From positions 704,001 through 768,000 of the forward strand of contig CAWGMQ010000006.1 in NCBI GenBank assembly GCA_963823665.1: DNA of 64,000 nucleotides. The letters are read 5' to 3'. The position numbers and the translations under genes were made by a program. Origin of the DNA: an uncultured Planctomycetota bacterium. GTDB taxonomy: Bacteria; Planctomycetota; Planctomycetia; Isosphaerales; Isosphaeraceae. The notes beneath the pieces were generated by a model that was given only the letters and a program-made list of their open reading frames with translations, was not told the origin of the DNA and did no database searches. This document shows, one piece after another, positions 48,146 to 59,218 of the stretch. Numbering within the stretch: position 1 is the first letter of the stretch; every line of letters begins with the position of its first letter.

Positions 48146-48649
48146 ATGTATGACTGGAAGCCACGGATGCAGAAGACGGTGCGTCACCTTGCCGAGCAAC
48201 TGGCGGGAATCCGAACCGGCATGATCAGCATTCGGTTCATCGAGACCGTGCGGTTGGACAGCCAGGGAAGCTCTGTTCCGATCCGGCATATCGCGGTCAT
48301 CAAGCAGCAGGGTGACCGCATCCTCGTCACGCCCTTCGACAAGGCCAATGTCCCCGCCGTGGTCCGGGCGCTCACCGACTCGCGCCTCAACGCCTACGCT
48401 CTGAATCCCACCACCGTGAGCGTGAGCGCGCCACCGGTCAGCAGCGAGCAGCGGGGAGAAATCGCCAGGCACGTCAAGAAGCTGGGCGAGGACGCCAAGA
48501 TCGCCGTACGCGCGATCCGGCAAGACGCACGCAAGCAGATCGAGGTCTCGGGACGGGGCTCGCAACGACGGGTTCAGGAAGCGACCGACGCCGCGGTTTC
48601 CGAGATCGATCTGCTCGTGAAGACAAAGATCCAGGAGGTCGGGTTGTGA
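48146..48649 (+). CDS. divergent ribosome recycling factor paralog
   Basis: RMQKTV..L..IRTG, VTPFDK, PPVSSEQRGEI, EDAKIAVRAIRQ, VQEATD..ID..K..E; alternative start 48110. Confidence 0.8.
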   Translation: MYDWKPRMQKTVRHLAEQLAGIRTGMISIRFIETVRLDSQGSSVPIRHIAVIKQQGDRILVTPFDKANVPAVVRALTDSRLNAYALNPTTVSVSAPPVSSEQRGEIARHVKKLGEDAKIAVRAIRQDARKQIEVSGRGSQRRVQEATDAAVSEIDLLVKTKIQEVGL

Positions 48650-48654
48650 CTGAT

Positions 48655-48969
48655 TCAACGCCCCGCGCGGCCCGCGTTCCGCTTTCGCGTGGCCGCCGCT
48701 TTCTTGGCCGACGCGGAGCGTTCGGCCGCCGGGCGAGAGGCCGTGGCAGCACCCCCGAGCTTGCCCCCCTTCTTGCTCGACACATCCGTATCCGGCCGGC
48801 CCCGACCACTTCCGGATTTGTTGCCGCCGCCTGATTCCTTGTTGACGGTCGCCCACGCCCGGCGCTCGGCCTCGTCTTCCGGGAGACCCCGTTTGGCGTA
48901 ACCCGCTTCGATATGCTCAGCCTTGCGTTTCTGCTTGTCGGAATACTTGGATTTGTCGCCCCTGGGCAT
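48655..48969 (-). CDS. small basic hydrophilic protein (MPRGDKS family, often labelled plasmid stabilization protein)
   Basis: MPRGDKSKYSDKQKRKAEHIE..EAERRAWATVNK..SAKKAAATRK; GGAGG RBS. Confidence 0.85.
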   Translation of the reverse strand: MPRGDKSKYSDKQKRKAEHIEAGYAKRGLPEDEAERRAWATVNKESGGGNKSGSGRGRPDTDVSSKKGGKLGGAATASRPAAERSASAKKAAATRKRNAGRAGR

Positions 48970-49042
48970 GACCGCCTCCCGTTCCTTCGATGCCGCGCTG
49001 TTTTGAACACGTCGGGTGCAAGCAACTGACAGCAAAGCGGAC

Positions 49043-49059
49043 TGCACATTGCGTGCCAA
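49043..49059 (-). promoter_or_regulatory. probable sigma54 promoter
   Basis: TTGGCACGCAATGTGCA, GG-N10-GC spacing, about 75 nt upstream of ATG 48969. Confidence 0.55.
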
Positions 49060-49741
49060 CTGCACGGGCTCGATCAGCCAGATCCGTCCGGCGGTGTGCG
49101 GCGGCCGCCTGGAGCGTGGATTACGGTGGATTTCGGTAGGCCCTGGGCGAATAATAGGAATAGAGACAATCTTGAAGACGCGTTTGCGCACCGCGGACCG
49201 GCCCGCAGGCCGTTGCCGCGCGGCAGCGTGGGAACGAGGAATTCGCTCGGTCTCGAAGTGAGAGCACGATATCCGGCCTCTTTCTGATGGAGGTGGTGCC
49301 ATGAATCTTACGCGAGAGACTCGAATAGCGGGGCCTCCATGGTGCGACGCCGTGATGCGCACGCTGCCCGAAATGTACAGACGGGGAGATGTGAGCGGGA
49401 TCGATGATTCCGGTTTCGTTTATGCGGTGACGTTCTTCAGCGTGAAGGAAGAAGTGAGGCGGGGAGCATCAGAGAGGGCGGTGCGCAAGCAGCGCACTCG
49501 CGTTCTGCGAACCATCGATCGCACCGACCGCTCCGATTATGACAAGGAGCAATTCGCCGGACCGTTCTCACGTGCCGTCGATGACGCACTCGCGGACCGC
49601 TCGCCGTGTGTGCTGCAATCGCCGGAAGTTACGGGATAACTGCCAACGGACGCAGTCGTCTTGACGCCACGTTCGCCTCATTGTGCAAACCGGCCACCGC
49701 CAAGCACATTTCGCGGTGCGTGCGCTTCCTGCATCTCCGCG

Positions 49742-52700
49742 TCATGGTCGCGCCGAGATACGTTTCTTCTTCTTCTTGAAAATGCGACGGAGTTTTTTCA
49801 CTGCCTCGGGGCGAATCCTCTTTTGAATGCCGATCAAACGCATCCTGCACGTCGCTCCGACATCTTCGACCGAGGATGCAGCGGTCCACCACTTACCGAT
49901 CAGGTCATCGCAGAACGATCGTATCTTTTCATTGCCGACGATCGACTCCAGGTCGGCCATCTTATTCCAGCGCAACCAATCGTCAATCTCCTCTAGACTC
50001 TCCGCCTCGTTCGACGAGTCCTCCTGACGGAAGAAGTGATACGCGATGAGAAATCGAAGCCAGAGCAAGAGGATCTCCTTCTTGCGGACGCGGTCACGCC
50101 AGCCCAGTTCGCACATGCTTCCAAGCGCATTGAGCCCCTGCTGGACGAGCGTGTCGGACGGGGAATCGAGCGGAGGCTCGTTGCGGGATTCCTGGTCCTT
50201 GATCTTCCGATCGACTTCGTTCTCGACAGGCATTGTATGCGGTATTGGAGCTTTCGGCGTGCCGCCGGACTCCAGGAGCAGGAGCAAGCGTTCATACTCA
50301 AGATAGGCGCGGATCAGACCTAGCTGCGCCCATCTGTCAGGATCGGGCCGATCGAGCAGGAGTGTCGACCTCGCCTGCCTGAGTGCGACATCAGCCTGAT
50401 CGAGTTTCGCCTTGACCTCGGAGCAGAGCTTTTCCGGCGTGCTCACTCGCGCATCAGCGGCATAGGCCGCGCCAAAGATCAACGTCTCGGCAGCTTGGAG
50501 CCGGATGTCGGTCAGATCGCCCAGGTCGCCCGGACCGTCTTGGACGGTGGCTGCGGCGTACGCTTCATCCAGCCAGCGCAAGGCGTCGGTGAGTTTCGCC
50601 TCGAGCATGTGCAGCCTGGCCTCCGTCAGGTCGACCCGGATATGCATCCAAGTGAAATCGAGACCGAAGAGATCGGGATCCAGATCAATCAGCCGCTGGG
50701 CCGATACGCACTGGCGTCGCGCCTTCTCCCTGAGCAGACGATCGTTCGGACTCTCAATCCTCTGGTTCTCCCCCGGCCGGCGTGTCCATTCCCAGAATTG
50801 AATCCGGCGCAGATAAAGCTGAGCCAGCTCAAGGTGCCTCTCGATCCTGATCTGCCTGAACTCGCGGATAGGAAGCTTGGATTCAGCTTGTCCTCCCGTC
50901 GCCGGCCGGCTGCGATCGCGCTCAACTGTGCCTCGCAGGGCACTGTCGAGGCACTTCACCGCATCCTCACGTTCCGGATACCGCCTGGCGAGGCAGCGCG
51001 CTTGCTGTATCGTATATCGTGCGCGGTTGAGTTTCACGGCAAGAAGATCCTGCCCGGACGTGGTTAGCCCATCGATCTGCTTCTGCCTGATCTTGAGAGA
51101 CCTCGCGTAATCGTTCGCTCGATAGAGCACCTCAGCACGTAGATCTCGTAGATTGTTACAGGTCGTCTTGATCGTGTCGGCGAATCCGGAGTCATCGGTC
51201 GCCTGGCCCAATCTACGGAGCTGATCCTCCAGGGCCTGTAGCCAGCAGGATACGCGATGGGATGGGCCCGCCCGCAGAATCGACTTCGACCGATCGAGGA
51301 TCGCGCAAAGCTCCTGGAGCACGCGGTGTTTCAGCGATTTCCCGTCCGGACCATTGCGGGCGATTCGCATGGCCGTCACCAGGTGGAACGCTACCTCCCA
51401 GAGTGCAGGCAGGCTGTTCGATTGCCGCAGCAGGTCGTCGTATTGGAGCGCAATCTTCTCGTGCAGTTGATCGGTCTGCTCGTCGAAGCTGCTCCGCAAC
51501 CATTCCGGTCGATGTTGTCGATAGAGAAAATCACGCACCGAAGTCGGCATCCAGAGAAAGCCCCCCTCGATCTGAAGGAGCAGGTTGTTCCGGGCGAATA
51601 CTTGCAAAATGGAATCAAATCGTTTCTTCCATTCCTTCTCATCCGAATGTCGCGGCTTCTTGAGGTTGCGGGCCGCCACGGCCGCACCTCTCAGGTTGAT
51701 GAAGCTTCGAGGCCTACGAAACATCGCAGCAACCACCAGTAGATCGACATACTCCTGCACAGGAATCTCTGCATCGATCTTGCCATCGTCTCCCTCCTTC
51801 GGTTGTTTCAGGAAAGACTCGAGTTGTTTCGCCGGCGAGTCGCCGTCGCGGCTTGACGTCTGAACGGGAACGACGCAGCGTCGTTCCCGTGGTCCACGGA
51901 ATCCGCGGAACAACTTCACGGCCTCCTCACTAAAGTCTGAAGCACCGAGCGGAGAGAGCGCAACCAGCACTTTTGAAGCACCCAGCTCGACCGCGGGGTC
52001 CAGGATCTGCTCGAGAAACGCGTAGAAGAGCACAGTCTCGTCGAGAGCGACCTTCTGGGAATGTTTGAAAGCGTCATCGTTCTGGTCGTGAGCGAACGGG
52101 TGGCGGCCAAGGTCGCCGGTGGACAGGATCACTACGAGGTACTTGCCTCGCTTCACGGCGGCTGCGAATTGCTTGGCCAAAAATCCGGCTCTCTTTTTGA
52201 TCCCGATCCGACGCCCTTGCTTGGCCATTTTTTCGTCGGCGACTGTGGAAACCTGTAATGCCCTTGGCGTGACGTCGGGATCGAGACGGCGGAACTCATC
52301 GAAAAGGGACGAGACCATGTCCCGGACCGTGGCCACGTCGGCGAGCTCGCACCAGATTTCGTTGTACCCATTAAACATTCGCACATACTCTTGGACGCGA
52401 TCGAGGAGCACTGCGCCCGAGTGCTCGTCCTTCAAGACGACCACGCTGTGCTTGTTCACGTCCGGATCCAACGGATTCAACTCGCTTCGCTCATGCCTCG
52501 CCGTTCTTCCCTCGCCGTCGGCCGCCGGCGCCGAGTCCGCTCGCACCGGTACGCGGCGCAACGGCGGAACCATCGGCAGTGCTGGATAAGAGGTACGGCT
52601 GGTCGGGTGCCGCTATACCAGGCGCGCGTGCAGCTCGCGGAGAAAGTATCCCCCGCTGCGGTAACTCACAACTTTGATAGGCTCAAAGGGCGCCGCGAGT

Positions 52701-54031
52701 TTTGACGACTCGATGAGGCTCTTGGGAATTTCGTCGCGGGAGACCCAGAGTATCTTGGGAAATTCCTGCTTTCGGTGCTGGCGCGCCAGGTGGTCGATCA
52801 GGCTCATGACCCGCCGGTCACCACCGCCGTATCCCAGAACGAGTACAAGTGCGCCGTCCGGGACGTACTTTTCAAATCGGCCGAGATTCTCTTTGTCGAG
52901 CGGCACATCGAGGCTGTCATCGACCCGGAGGCCGAATGTACCACCGTGCAGCTTAACGACTGATGCGGTATCGCGGAACAGGCTCGCGTCCGGAGCGGGA
53001 CCGTTGTGCGCCAGCTCGAACACGACCGGCTCGATCCCCTGATCGCGGAGCGCTTCCTCGATCTGGTTGTCGAAATTCGTGGTCAACCAGAGCTTCCAGC
53101 CGAGGCTTTCGGTTAGCAGCGCGAGAAGCTCGTGCCCCGGGGATGGTTTGCCCGGTCGATGCACGAGGCGGTCGAAGAGCGAGTCGGCAAGGGCAGGATT
53201 GCCGAGGGTCAAGATTCGCATGAGCGCGCGCCAGTCGCCGCTGAGGTTCCGAAGCGCTCTGGCTCTGAGCCGCCGCAATTCATCGAACATAGTCTGCATC
53301 AGCCCGTCGGCGTTCCTTTGGTCCTTGAGCAGCCGCCCGATCATGGCGACCTCGTCCTTTCGGAGCCCTTGGGCACTCAGGGCCGGGCCGAGCTTCTGGT
53401 CGACGTAACGATTCAAGGTCTGTGCGAATTCATCAATGATTGCGTCGACGGCTTGACCTACCGGGCATTTCGTCGGAGGGCCGTCCGTCGAGAACAGACG
53501 CATGAAAGAAGGCTGGGCGCGTCGAAGCATTCCGTGGATAGCCCAGAGTCGCACCCCGCCCAGCATGTTCCCGGCCGGCTCGGCGAAGTCGTCGCAAAAC
53601 TGCTTGGCCGCTTTCCGCGCCGATTTGACCTTCGAGAACTTCAGGGCGTCTTCAAATTCGACAAGGAGCTCGATATTGAGCTGGTTTGGCTCCGGCCAGC
53701 CGGCACGAAGAAGGTAGTCGTGGTACATCGAGGATGGCAGTTCGTCCGCCAGGAGGTTGGGCGACCAGATATCCCGCCTCCGTTGTCGGCGGAGGTACTT
53801 GATGCCGATCATCGCCTTGACGTTTGCAAAGTAATCGATCATCTGGCTGGTCATCGGAATGCCAGACTCCGCCGACAGGCCCGCGCCGATCAACGGCACG
53901 ATCGACACACCGGCGTCCTTGGCTGTCTGGATGAATCCAAATGCCTCGGCCGCGGAGACGACCTCGGGTTGGTCCGAACTCACGGATCGTGTGACCTCGG
54001 TTGGCACCTCAGTCGGCTTCGGTCTACTCAT
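49742..54031 (-). CDS. SIR2-like NADase domain + degenerate STAND-like domain + TPR-like solenoid; a 1430-codon frame interrupted by one TAG at 52613-52615
   Basis: IVPLIGAGLSAESG, LTTNFD, VKLHGG, LVLGYGG; the two track ORFs are in the same frame 39 nt apart; FLWMPTSVRDFLY..LHEKIA wHTH-like segment; GGAGGAG RBS. Confidence 0.75.
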
Positions 54032-54276
54032 CAGAGACTCCTCCAGGATCAAAGCGTCATCACCTCGACCGATCCACATCGAACGTTGGTCTCCTGGACC
54101 CGAGTTTGCGCGAATCTCCACCGGCCCGTGGGGAGCTGGGCTCGTCTTGGCCCCATATTGCCATCGTCCATCGGGTCAGACCGAGATTCAAGTTTATTTC
54201 AGTGGCCAGGGCGTTCACCCGGCCATTCCGATAAGAGGGGATTCTAGATGGTAAGTCACCTCGCCGTCCTTGCCTG

Positions 54277-54420
54277 TCAATAATCAAACGCCGGCACAAG
54301 CTCCCGTCCATTTCGCGAGCCGATCGCGCGCCTGCGCGAGAGGTTGATGGTGTTCTTCACGAATCGCACACTGCCATCAGCGAACAGCGTACTGACTCCG
54401 CCGGCATGTCGGCTTCTCTC
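54277..54420 (-). pseudogene. DUF1559 protein C-terminal remnant (H-X9-DG motif)
   Basis: RSRHAGGVSTLFADGSVRFVKNTIN..AIGSRNGRE. Confidence 0.7.
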
Positions 54421-54582
54421 AGCAACAGAGAGTGACGACGAATCGAGCGTGTCGATCTCCCGCGCCGGCACGGTTAATTGCGTCCAGGCCACGGTCTTCG
54501 GCTGATCTCCCGCACGAGCGCTGGTAAGATATCCCCGTCGGCCAAGGGCACTCAGCGTAGCGGGGCGAAGCGATCAGCGAGC

Positions 54583-57500
54583 ATGGGTGCAAGCGAAGAG
54601 TTGGAAAGCACGCGGAAGCATGGTTTTGACTCGGACGAGTCTCCGGGAGACGTTACGTCCATCGGCAGCGACGTGGCTGCTGCGCTGCCGCGGGAGCACA
54701 TTGGCCGTTATCGCATTGAAAAGGTCTTGGGCGAAGGCGGGTTTGGCCTCGTCTATCTGGCGCATGATGACCAGTTGAGCCGCCGGGTCGCGATCAAGGT
54801 TCCCCATCGCAATCTGGTGAATCGCCCCGAGGACGCCGTGCCGTATCTGATCGAGGCCCGCACCGTCGCGAGTCTCGATCATCCCAATATCGTGCCGGTC
54901 TACGACGTCGGCAGCAGCGAGGACTGTCCGTGCTTCATCGTCTCCAAGTACATCGACGGCACAGATCTTGCCGCAAGGCTCAAGCAGTCACCGCTGGGCC
55001 TGCACCAGGCAATCGATCTGGTGGCGACGATTGCCGATGCGCTGCACCACGCTCACCGCAAGGGACTTGTTCACCGCGACATCAAGCCGGGGAACATCCT
55101 GCTTGATTCAAGCGGCAAGCCGTTCGTTGCGGACTTCGGGTTGGCGCTCCAGGAAGCGATGGTCGGCCACGGCCCGAATTATGCTGGCACGCCTGTTTAT
55201 ATGAGTCCCGAGCAGGCCCGGGGCGAAGGGCATCGTGTTGACGGACGATCAGACATCTTCAGTCTTGGGGTGGTCTTGTACGAGCTGCTCACGCTCAGGC
55301 GCCCGTTCAAGGGGGAAACGAAGGACGAGATCTTTGAGCAAATCGTGAGCTACGAGCCGCGTCCATTGCGCCAGTACGAAGACGCGATACCGGTTGAGCT
55401 GGAACGGATCTGCCTCAAATCGCTTTCAAAGCGAGCCGCGGAACGTTACACCGCGGCCAAGGATCTCGCTGACGAGCTGCGGCACTTCCTCGCCCAGGAG
55501 CCCAGGGCGGCGCCTTCGGCTCTTGGCCCACCCGCGGTCACCACGGCCGAAGGACCGCAGTCGCCGTCGGCGGGCTCGCACGCATCCGCCAGATCCACCA
55601 CGCCGACTTCCGACGGCAAGCCGATCAAGATCGTGCCCAAAGGCTTGCGGGCGTTCGACGCCTACGACGCCGACTTCTTCCTCGAGCTCCTGCCGGGCCC
55701 ACGCGACCGTGACGGGCTGCCAGACGGCATCCGGTTCTGGAAAACGCGCATCGAAGAAATGGATTCGGATAGCACGTTTTCGGTCGGGCTTATCTGCGGC
55801 CCCTCGGGATGCGGGAAATCGTCGCTGGTGAAGGCGGGCTTGCTTCCTCGCCTTGCGGAGAACGTGATTGCGGTCTACGTCGAAGCCACGGGCAACGACA
55901 CGGAGACCCGGCTGTTAAGTGGCCTGAGGAAGCGCTGTCCGTCTCTGCGCGAGAACCTCGGTTTGAAGGATTCGCTCGCATCGTTGCGTCAGGGCCAGGG
56001 CATTCCGCCCTCGAAGAAGGTGCTGATTGTTCTGGACCAGTTTGAGCAATGGCTCCATTCGAATCAGGACGTGGAGAACACCGAGCTCGTGCAGTCTCTG
56101 CGTCAATGCGACGGTGGGCGAGTTCAGTGCATGGTCATGGTGCGCGATGACTTCTGGATGGGCGTGATCCGCTTCATGAGGGCGCTCGAAGTTCGCCTCG
56201 TCGACGGAGAGAATACCGCGGCGATTGATCTGTTCCCGACCCGGCACGCGCAGCGCGTCCTGGCTGCGCTCGGCCGCGCGTTCGGCGCTCTACCGGAGGG
56301 TGTTGCCTCCGTCGGCAAGGAACAGACGGAGTTCTTGAGGCAGGCCGTCTCCGAGCTGGCGCAGGACGGCAAGGTGATCTGCGTTCGGCTGGCGCTGTTC
56401 GCCGAAATGATGAAAGCCAAATCCTGGACGCTCGCCACATTGAAAGAAGTTGGCGGCACGAAAGGCGTTGGCGAAGCGTTTCTCGAGGAGACGTTCAGCG
56501 CGCCTTCGGCTCCTCCGCAGCACCGCTATCATCAGAAAGCGGCGCGAAACGTGCTCAGGGCTCTCTTGCCCGAATCTGGCACGGATATCAAGGGGCACAT
56601 GCGGTCTTTTTCGGAATTGCTGGACGCGTCGGGCTATAGAAGCCGCCCGAAGGAATTCGATGAGCTGATCCGCACACTCGACAGCGAGGTCCGCCTCATC
56701 ACACCGACCGACCCCGAGGGCAAAGAAGAGACTGCTCTGTCTCGTCAAAGCGGTGACGAGCGATATTACCAACTAACGCATGACTACCTCGTTCACTCCC
56801 TGCGGGACTGGTTGACCCGCAAACAAAAGGAGACGCGCCGCGGCCGCGCGGAATTGCTGCTTGCCGACCGCGCATCGATTTGGAATGCACGCGCCGAGAA
56901 CCGGCAACTTCCGTCGCTCTGGCAATGGATGCAGGTTTGCTCGCTCACCGATCGGAAGAAGTGGACGGCGCCAGAGCGGAAGATGATGGCAAAGGCGGGC
57001 AGTTATCACACTTCGCTCGCCCTGGCTGCTGGCGTGCTGATGGTCGTCGCCTTGGCCGCGGGTTTGGCGATCCAGCGACAAATCGCTGAACAGCGGAAGG
57101 CGTCACAGGCCGTCGCGTTCGTGAAGCGGCTGCTGGATGCGGAAACCGGTCAAGTACCAGGCATCATCGCCGAGATGGCCGCGTATCGAAAGTGGACTGA
57201 TCCACTCTTGCGCGGGGCGATCGACAAGCCGGCGGCCAGCTCCCGCGACAAGCTCCACGCCAGTCTCGCCCTCTTGCCGATGGATTCGACGCAGGTAGCT
57301 TATCTTTACGGCCGGCTACTCGACGCCGAGCCGAACAAAGTGTCGGTGATCCGCGACGCACTTGCGCGGCACAAGTCCGAGTTGCTGGACAAGCTCTGGA
57401 CGGTCGCGGCGCGACCGGAAAAGGGTCATGAAACACAACGGCTGCGGGCGGCCGGCGCGCTGGCAAAATATGACCCGGAGGGGCCCAGGTGGCCACTGAT

Positions 57501-59106
57501 CGCGGCGAATGTCGCCCATGACATGGTGCGGGTGCCTCCGGTCTACCTGGCCTTGTGGATGGATCTGCTCGAGCCAGTCCGCACCAGGCTCCTCGGTCCC
57601 TTGTCAGTAATTTATCTAGACATCGACGGGCCAGAGACGGAGCGGTCGTTGGCGACCGACATTCTGGCTGAGTACGCCGGCGATCAACCGAGCCTGCTTG
57701 CCGATCTGCTGATGGACGCCAACCTGAAGCAGTTCCCTGTGATCTACGACAGATTCAGAGACCAGGGCGCGGCAGGCCTGCCCGTTCTGAGCGGCGAGCT
57801 CGACAAGAAACCGTCGTCGGGCTCGAACGGTGCGAGCAAGGAGAAGCTGGCGAAACGGCAGGCGAACGCGGCGGTGGCGTTGTTGCGGATGGACGTGCCA
57901 CAGAAGGTCTGGCCGCTCCTGGCGCACAGCTCCGACCCGAGTGTGCGGAGCTATCTGATTCATCGCCTCGGCCCGCTGCACGCCGACCCGCAGGCGATCG
58001 TCAAGCGGCTGGAGGAGGAGCCGGAGGCATCGATCCGCCGGGCCTTGATCTTGAGCCTGGGTGAATACGGCGAAGCCGACTTTGCGGTCGAGGATCGCGC
58101 GGCCCTCCTACCGACGTTGCAACAAATCGATCAGACCGCCACCGATCCCGGTCTACATGCGGCGGCGGAGTGGCTGCTGCGCAAGTGGCAGCAGACGGCG
58201 TGGCTGGCCCAGGTGAACGACAACTGGGCGAAGAGCAACGATCTGCGCGAGAAGCGGCTGAAGGACATCAAGCAGTCACTGTCGCTGCACAAAGAAAAGT
58301 CCGCGCCGCAGTGGTACGTGAGCGGTCAGGGACAGACCATGGTGGTCATACCCGGGCCACTCGAGTTTCTCATGGGGTCGCCAGTGATCGACCTCGACCG
58401 GTCCAAAGACGAGCAACAGCATCGCAGGCGCATCGGCCGCACGTTTGCCCTTTCCGCCAAGCCGGTGACGCTGGAGCAGTATCGGCAATTCCAGAAGGAC
58501 TACGACCAGAGTGCGCTCTTAAGCGGTATCGCCGAGCTGCCGGTCAGGCGCATGACGTGGTACATGGCCGCGACGTACTGCAACTGGCTCAGCATGAAAG
58601 AGGGGATTCCCGGAGAAGAGTGGTGTTACGAAATCAAGGGCGAGGCCGCCAAACTCCGGCCAAAATACTTGAGTCTCACCGGTTATCGCTTGCCCACGGA
58701 GCCGGAGATGGAATACGCGATTCGTGCGGGCGCGGCAACCAGCCGCTACTACGGGGATGCGGAAGAGCTGCTGACCGAATACGTGTGGTACCAGAAGAAC
58801 TCTCAGGATCACACCTGGCCCGTCGGGCTTCTGAAGCCGAACGATCTGGGTTTCTTCGACATTGTCGGCAACGTGTACACCTGGTGTTCCGGAGACCTCC
58901 AGGGATTATGCCGTCGAACAAGCCGTGCGCCAGTCGAGGACGAGGAAGATGGCCCAGACGTGATCAGCACGGTCAAGCGTGCGCGGCGCGGCTGCTCGTA
59001 CACGCGCATGGCGCCAGAGACTCGCTCAGCCTTCCGCAACGACCAGGAGCCGACGAATCGAAACGGCGGCAACGGAATGCGGCTGGCGAGGACTCTGGTG
59101 CCCTAG
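54583..59106 (+). CDS. Ser/Thr protein kinase + STAND-like ATPase + TM + helical repeats + FGE-sulfatase (CLec-fold) domain
   Basis: LGEGGFG, VAIK, HRDIKPGN, DFG, YMSPE; GPSGCGKSS, LDQFEQ, LTHDYL; FLMGSP, YRLPTEPEMEY, PNDLGFFDIVGNV, RGCSY, GMRLAR. Confidence 0.93.
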   Translation: MGASEELESTRKHGFDSDESPGDVTSIGSDVAAALPREHIGRYRIEKVLGEGGFGLVYLAHDDQLSRRVAIKVPHRNLVNRPEDAVPYLIEARTVASLDHPNIVPVYDVGSSEDCPCFIVSKYIDGTDLAARLKQSPLGLHQAIDLVATIADALHHAHRKGLVHRDIKPGNILLDSSGKPFVADFGLALQEAMVGHGPNYAGTPVYMSPEQARGEGHRVDGRSDIFSLGVVLYELLTLRRPFKGETKDEIFEQIVSYEPRPLRQYEDAIPVELERICLKSLSKRAAERYTAAKDLADELRHFLAQEPRAAPSALGPPAVTTAEGPQSPSAGSHASARSTTPTSDGKPIKIVPKGLRAFDAYDADFFLELLPGPRDRDGLPDGIRFWKTRIEEMDSDSTFSVGLICGPSGCGKSSLVKAGLLPRLAENVIAVYVEATGNDTETRLLSGLRKRCPSLRENLGLKDSLASLRQGQGIPPSKKVLIVLDQFEQWLHSNQDVENTELVQSLRQCDGGRVQCMVMVRDDFWMGVIRFMRALEVRLVDGENTAAIDLFPTRHAQRVLAALGRAFGALPEGVASVGKEQTEFLRQAVSELAQDGKVICVRLALFAEMMKAKSWTLATLKEVGGTKGVGEAFLEETFSAPSAPPQHRYHQKAARNVLRALLPESGTDIKGHMRSFSELLDASGYRSRPKEFDELIRTLDSEVRLITPTDPEGKEETALSRQSGDERYYQLTHDYLVHSLRDWLTRKQKETRRGRAELLLADRASIWNARAENRQLPSLWQWMQVCSLTDRKKWTAPERKMMAKAGSYHTSLALAAGVLMVVALAAGLAIQRQIAEQRKASQAVAFVKRLLDAETGQVPGIIAEMAAYRKWTDPLLRGAIDKPAASSRDKLHASLALLPMDSTQVAYLYGRLLDAEPNKVSVIRDALARHKSELLDKLWTVAARPEKGHETQRLRAAGALAKYDPEGPRWPLIAANVAHDMVRVPPVYLALWMDLLEPVRTRLLGPLSVIYLDIDGPETERSLATDILAEYAGDQPSLLADLLMDANLKQFPVIYDRFRDQGAAGLPVLSGELDKKPSSGSNGASKEKLAKRQANAAVALLRMDVPQKVWPLLAHSSDPSVRSYLIHRLGPLHADPQAIVKRLEEEPEASIRRALILSLGEYGEADFAVEDRAALLPTLQQIDQTATDPGLHAAAEWLLRKWQQTAWLAQVNDNWAKSNDLREKRLKDIKQSLSLHKEKSAPQWYVSGQGQTMVVIPGPLEFLMGSPVIDLDRSKDEQQHRRRIGRTFALSAKPVTLEQYRQFQKDYDQSALLSGIAELPVRRMTWYMAATYCNWLSMKEGIPGEEWCYEIKGEAAKLRPKYLSLTGYRLPTEPEMEYAIRAGAATSRYYGDAEELLTEYVWYQKNSQDHTWPVGLLKPNDLGFFDIVGNVYTWCSGDLQGLCRRTSRAPVEDEEDGPDVISTVKRARRGCSYTRMAPETRSAFRNDQEPTNRNGGNGMRLARTLVP

Positions 59107-59120
59107 CCATTGCGCATCAT

Positions 59121-59142
59121 GTAGGTCAGGCTTTAGCCTGAC
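59121..59142 (+). repeat. GTAG REP-like hairpin between convergent genes (possible terminator role)
   Basis: GTAG-GTCAGGC-TTTA-GCCTGAC; matches 25697-25718. Confidence 0.65.
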
Positions 59143-59218
59143 TCTCGCCTCCAGTGCCGCTCTTCTCGCGCAATTCTCGATGCCGCTGCACCAAGCTCCG
59201 CGCGTCGCCGCCAATCGA

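Noticed and set aside
49301..49639. 112-aa plus-strand ORF as partner of the SIR2 gene
   Set aside because: No motif or family evidence; cannot be supported from sequence alone
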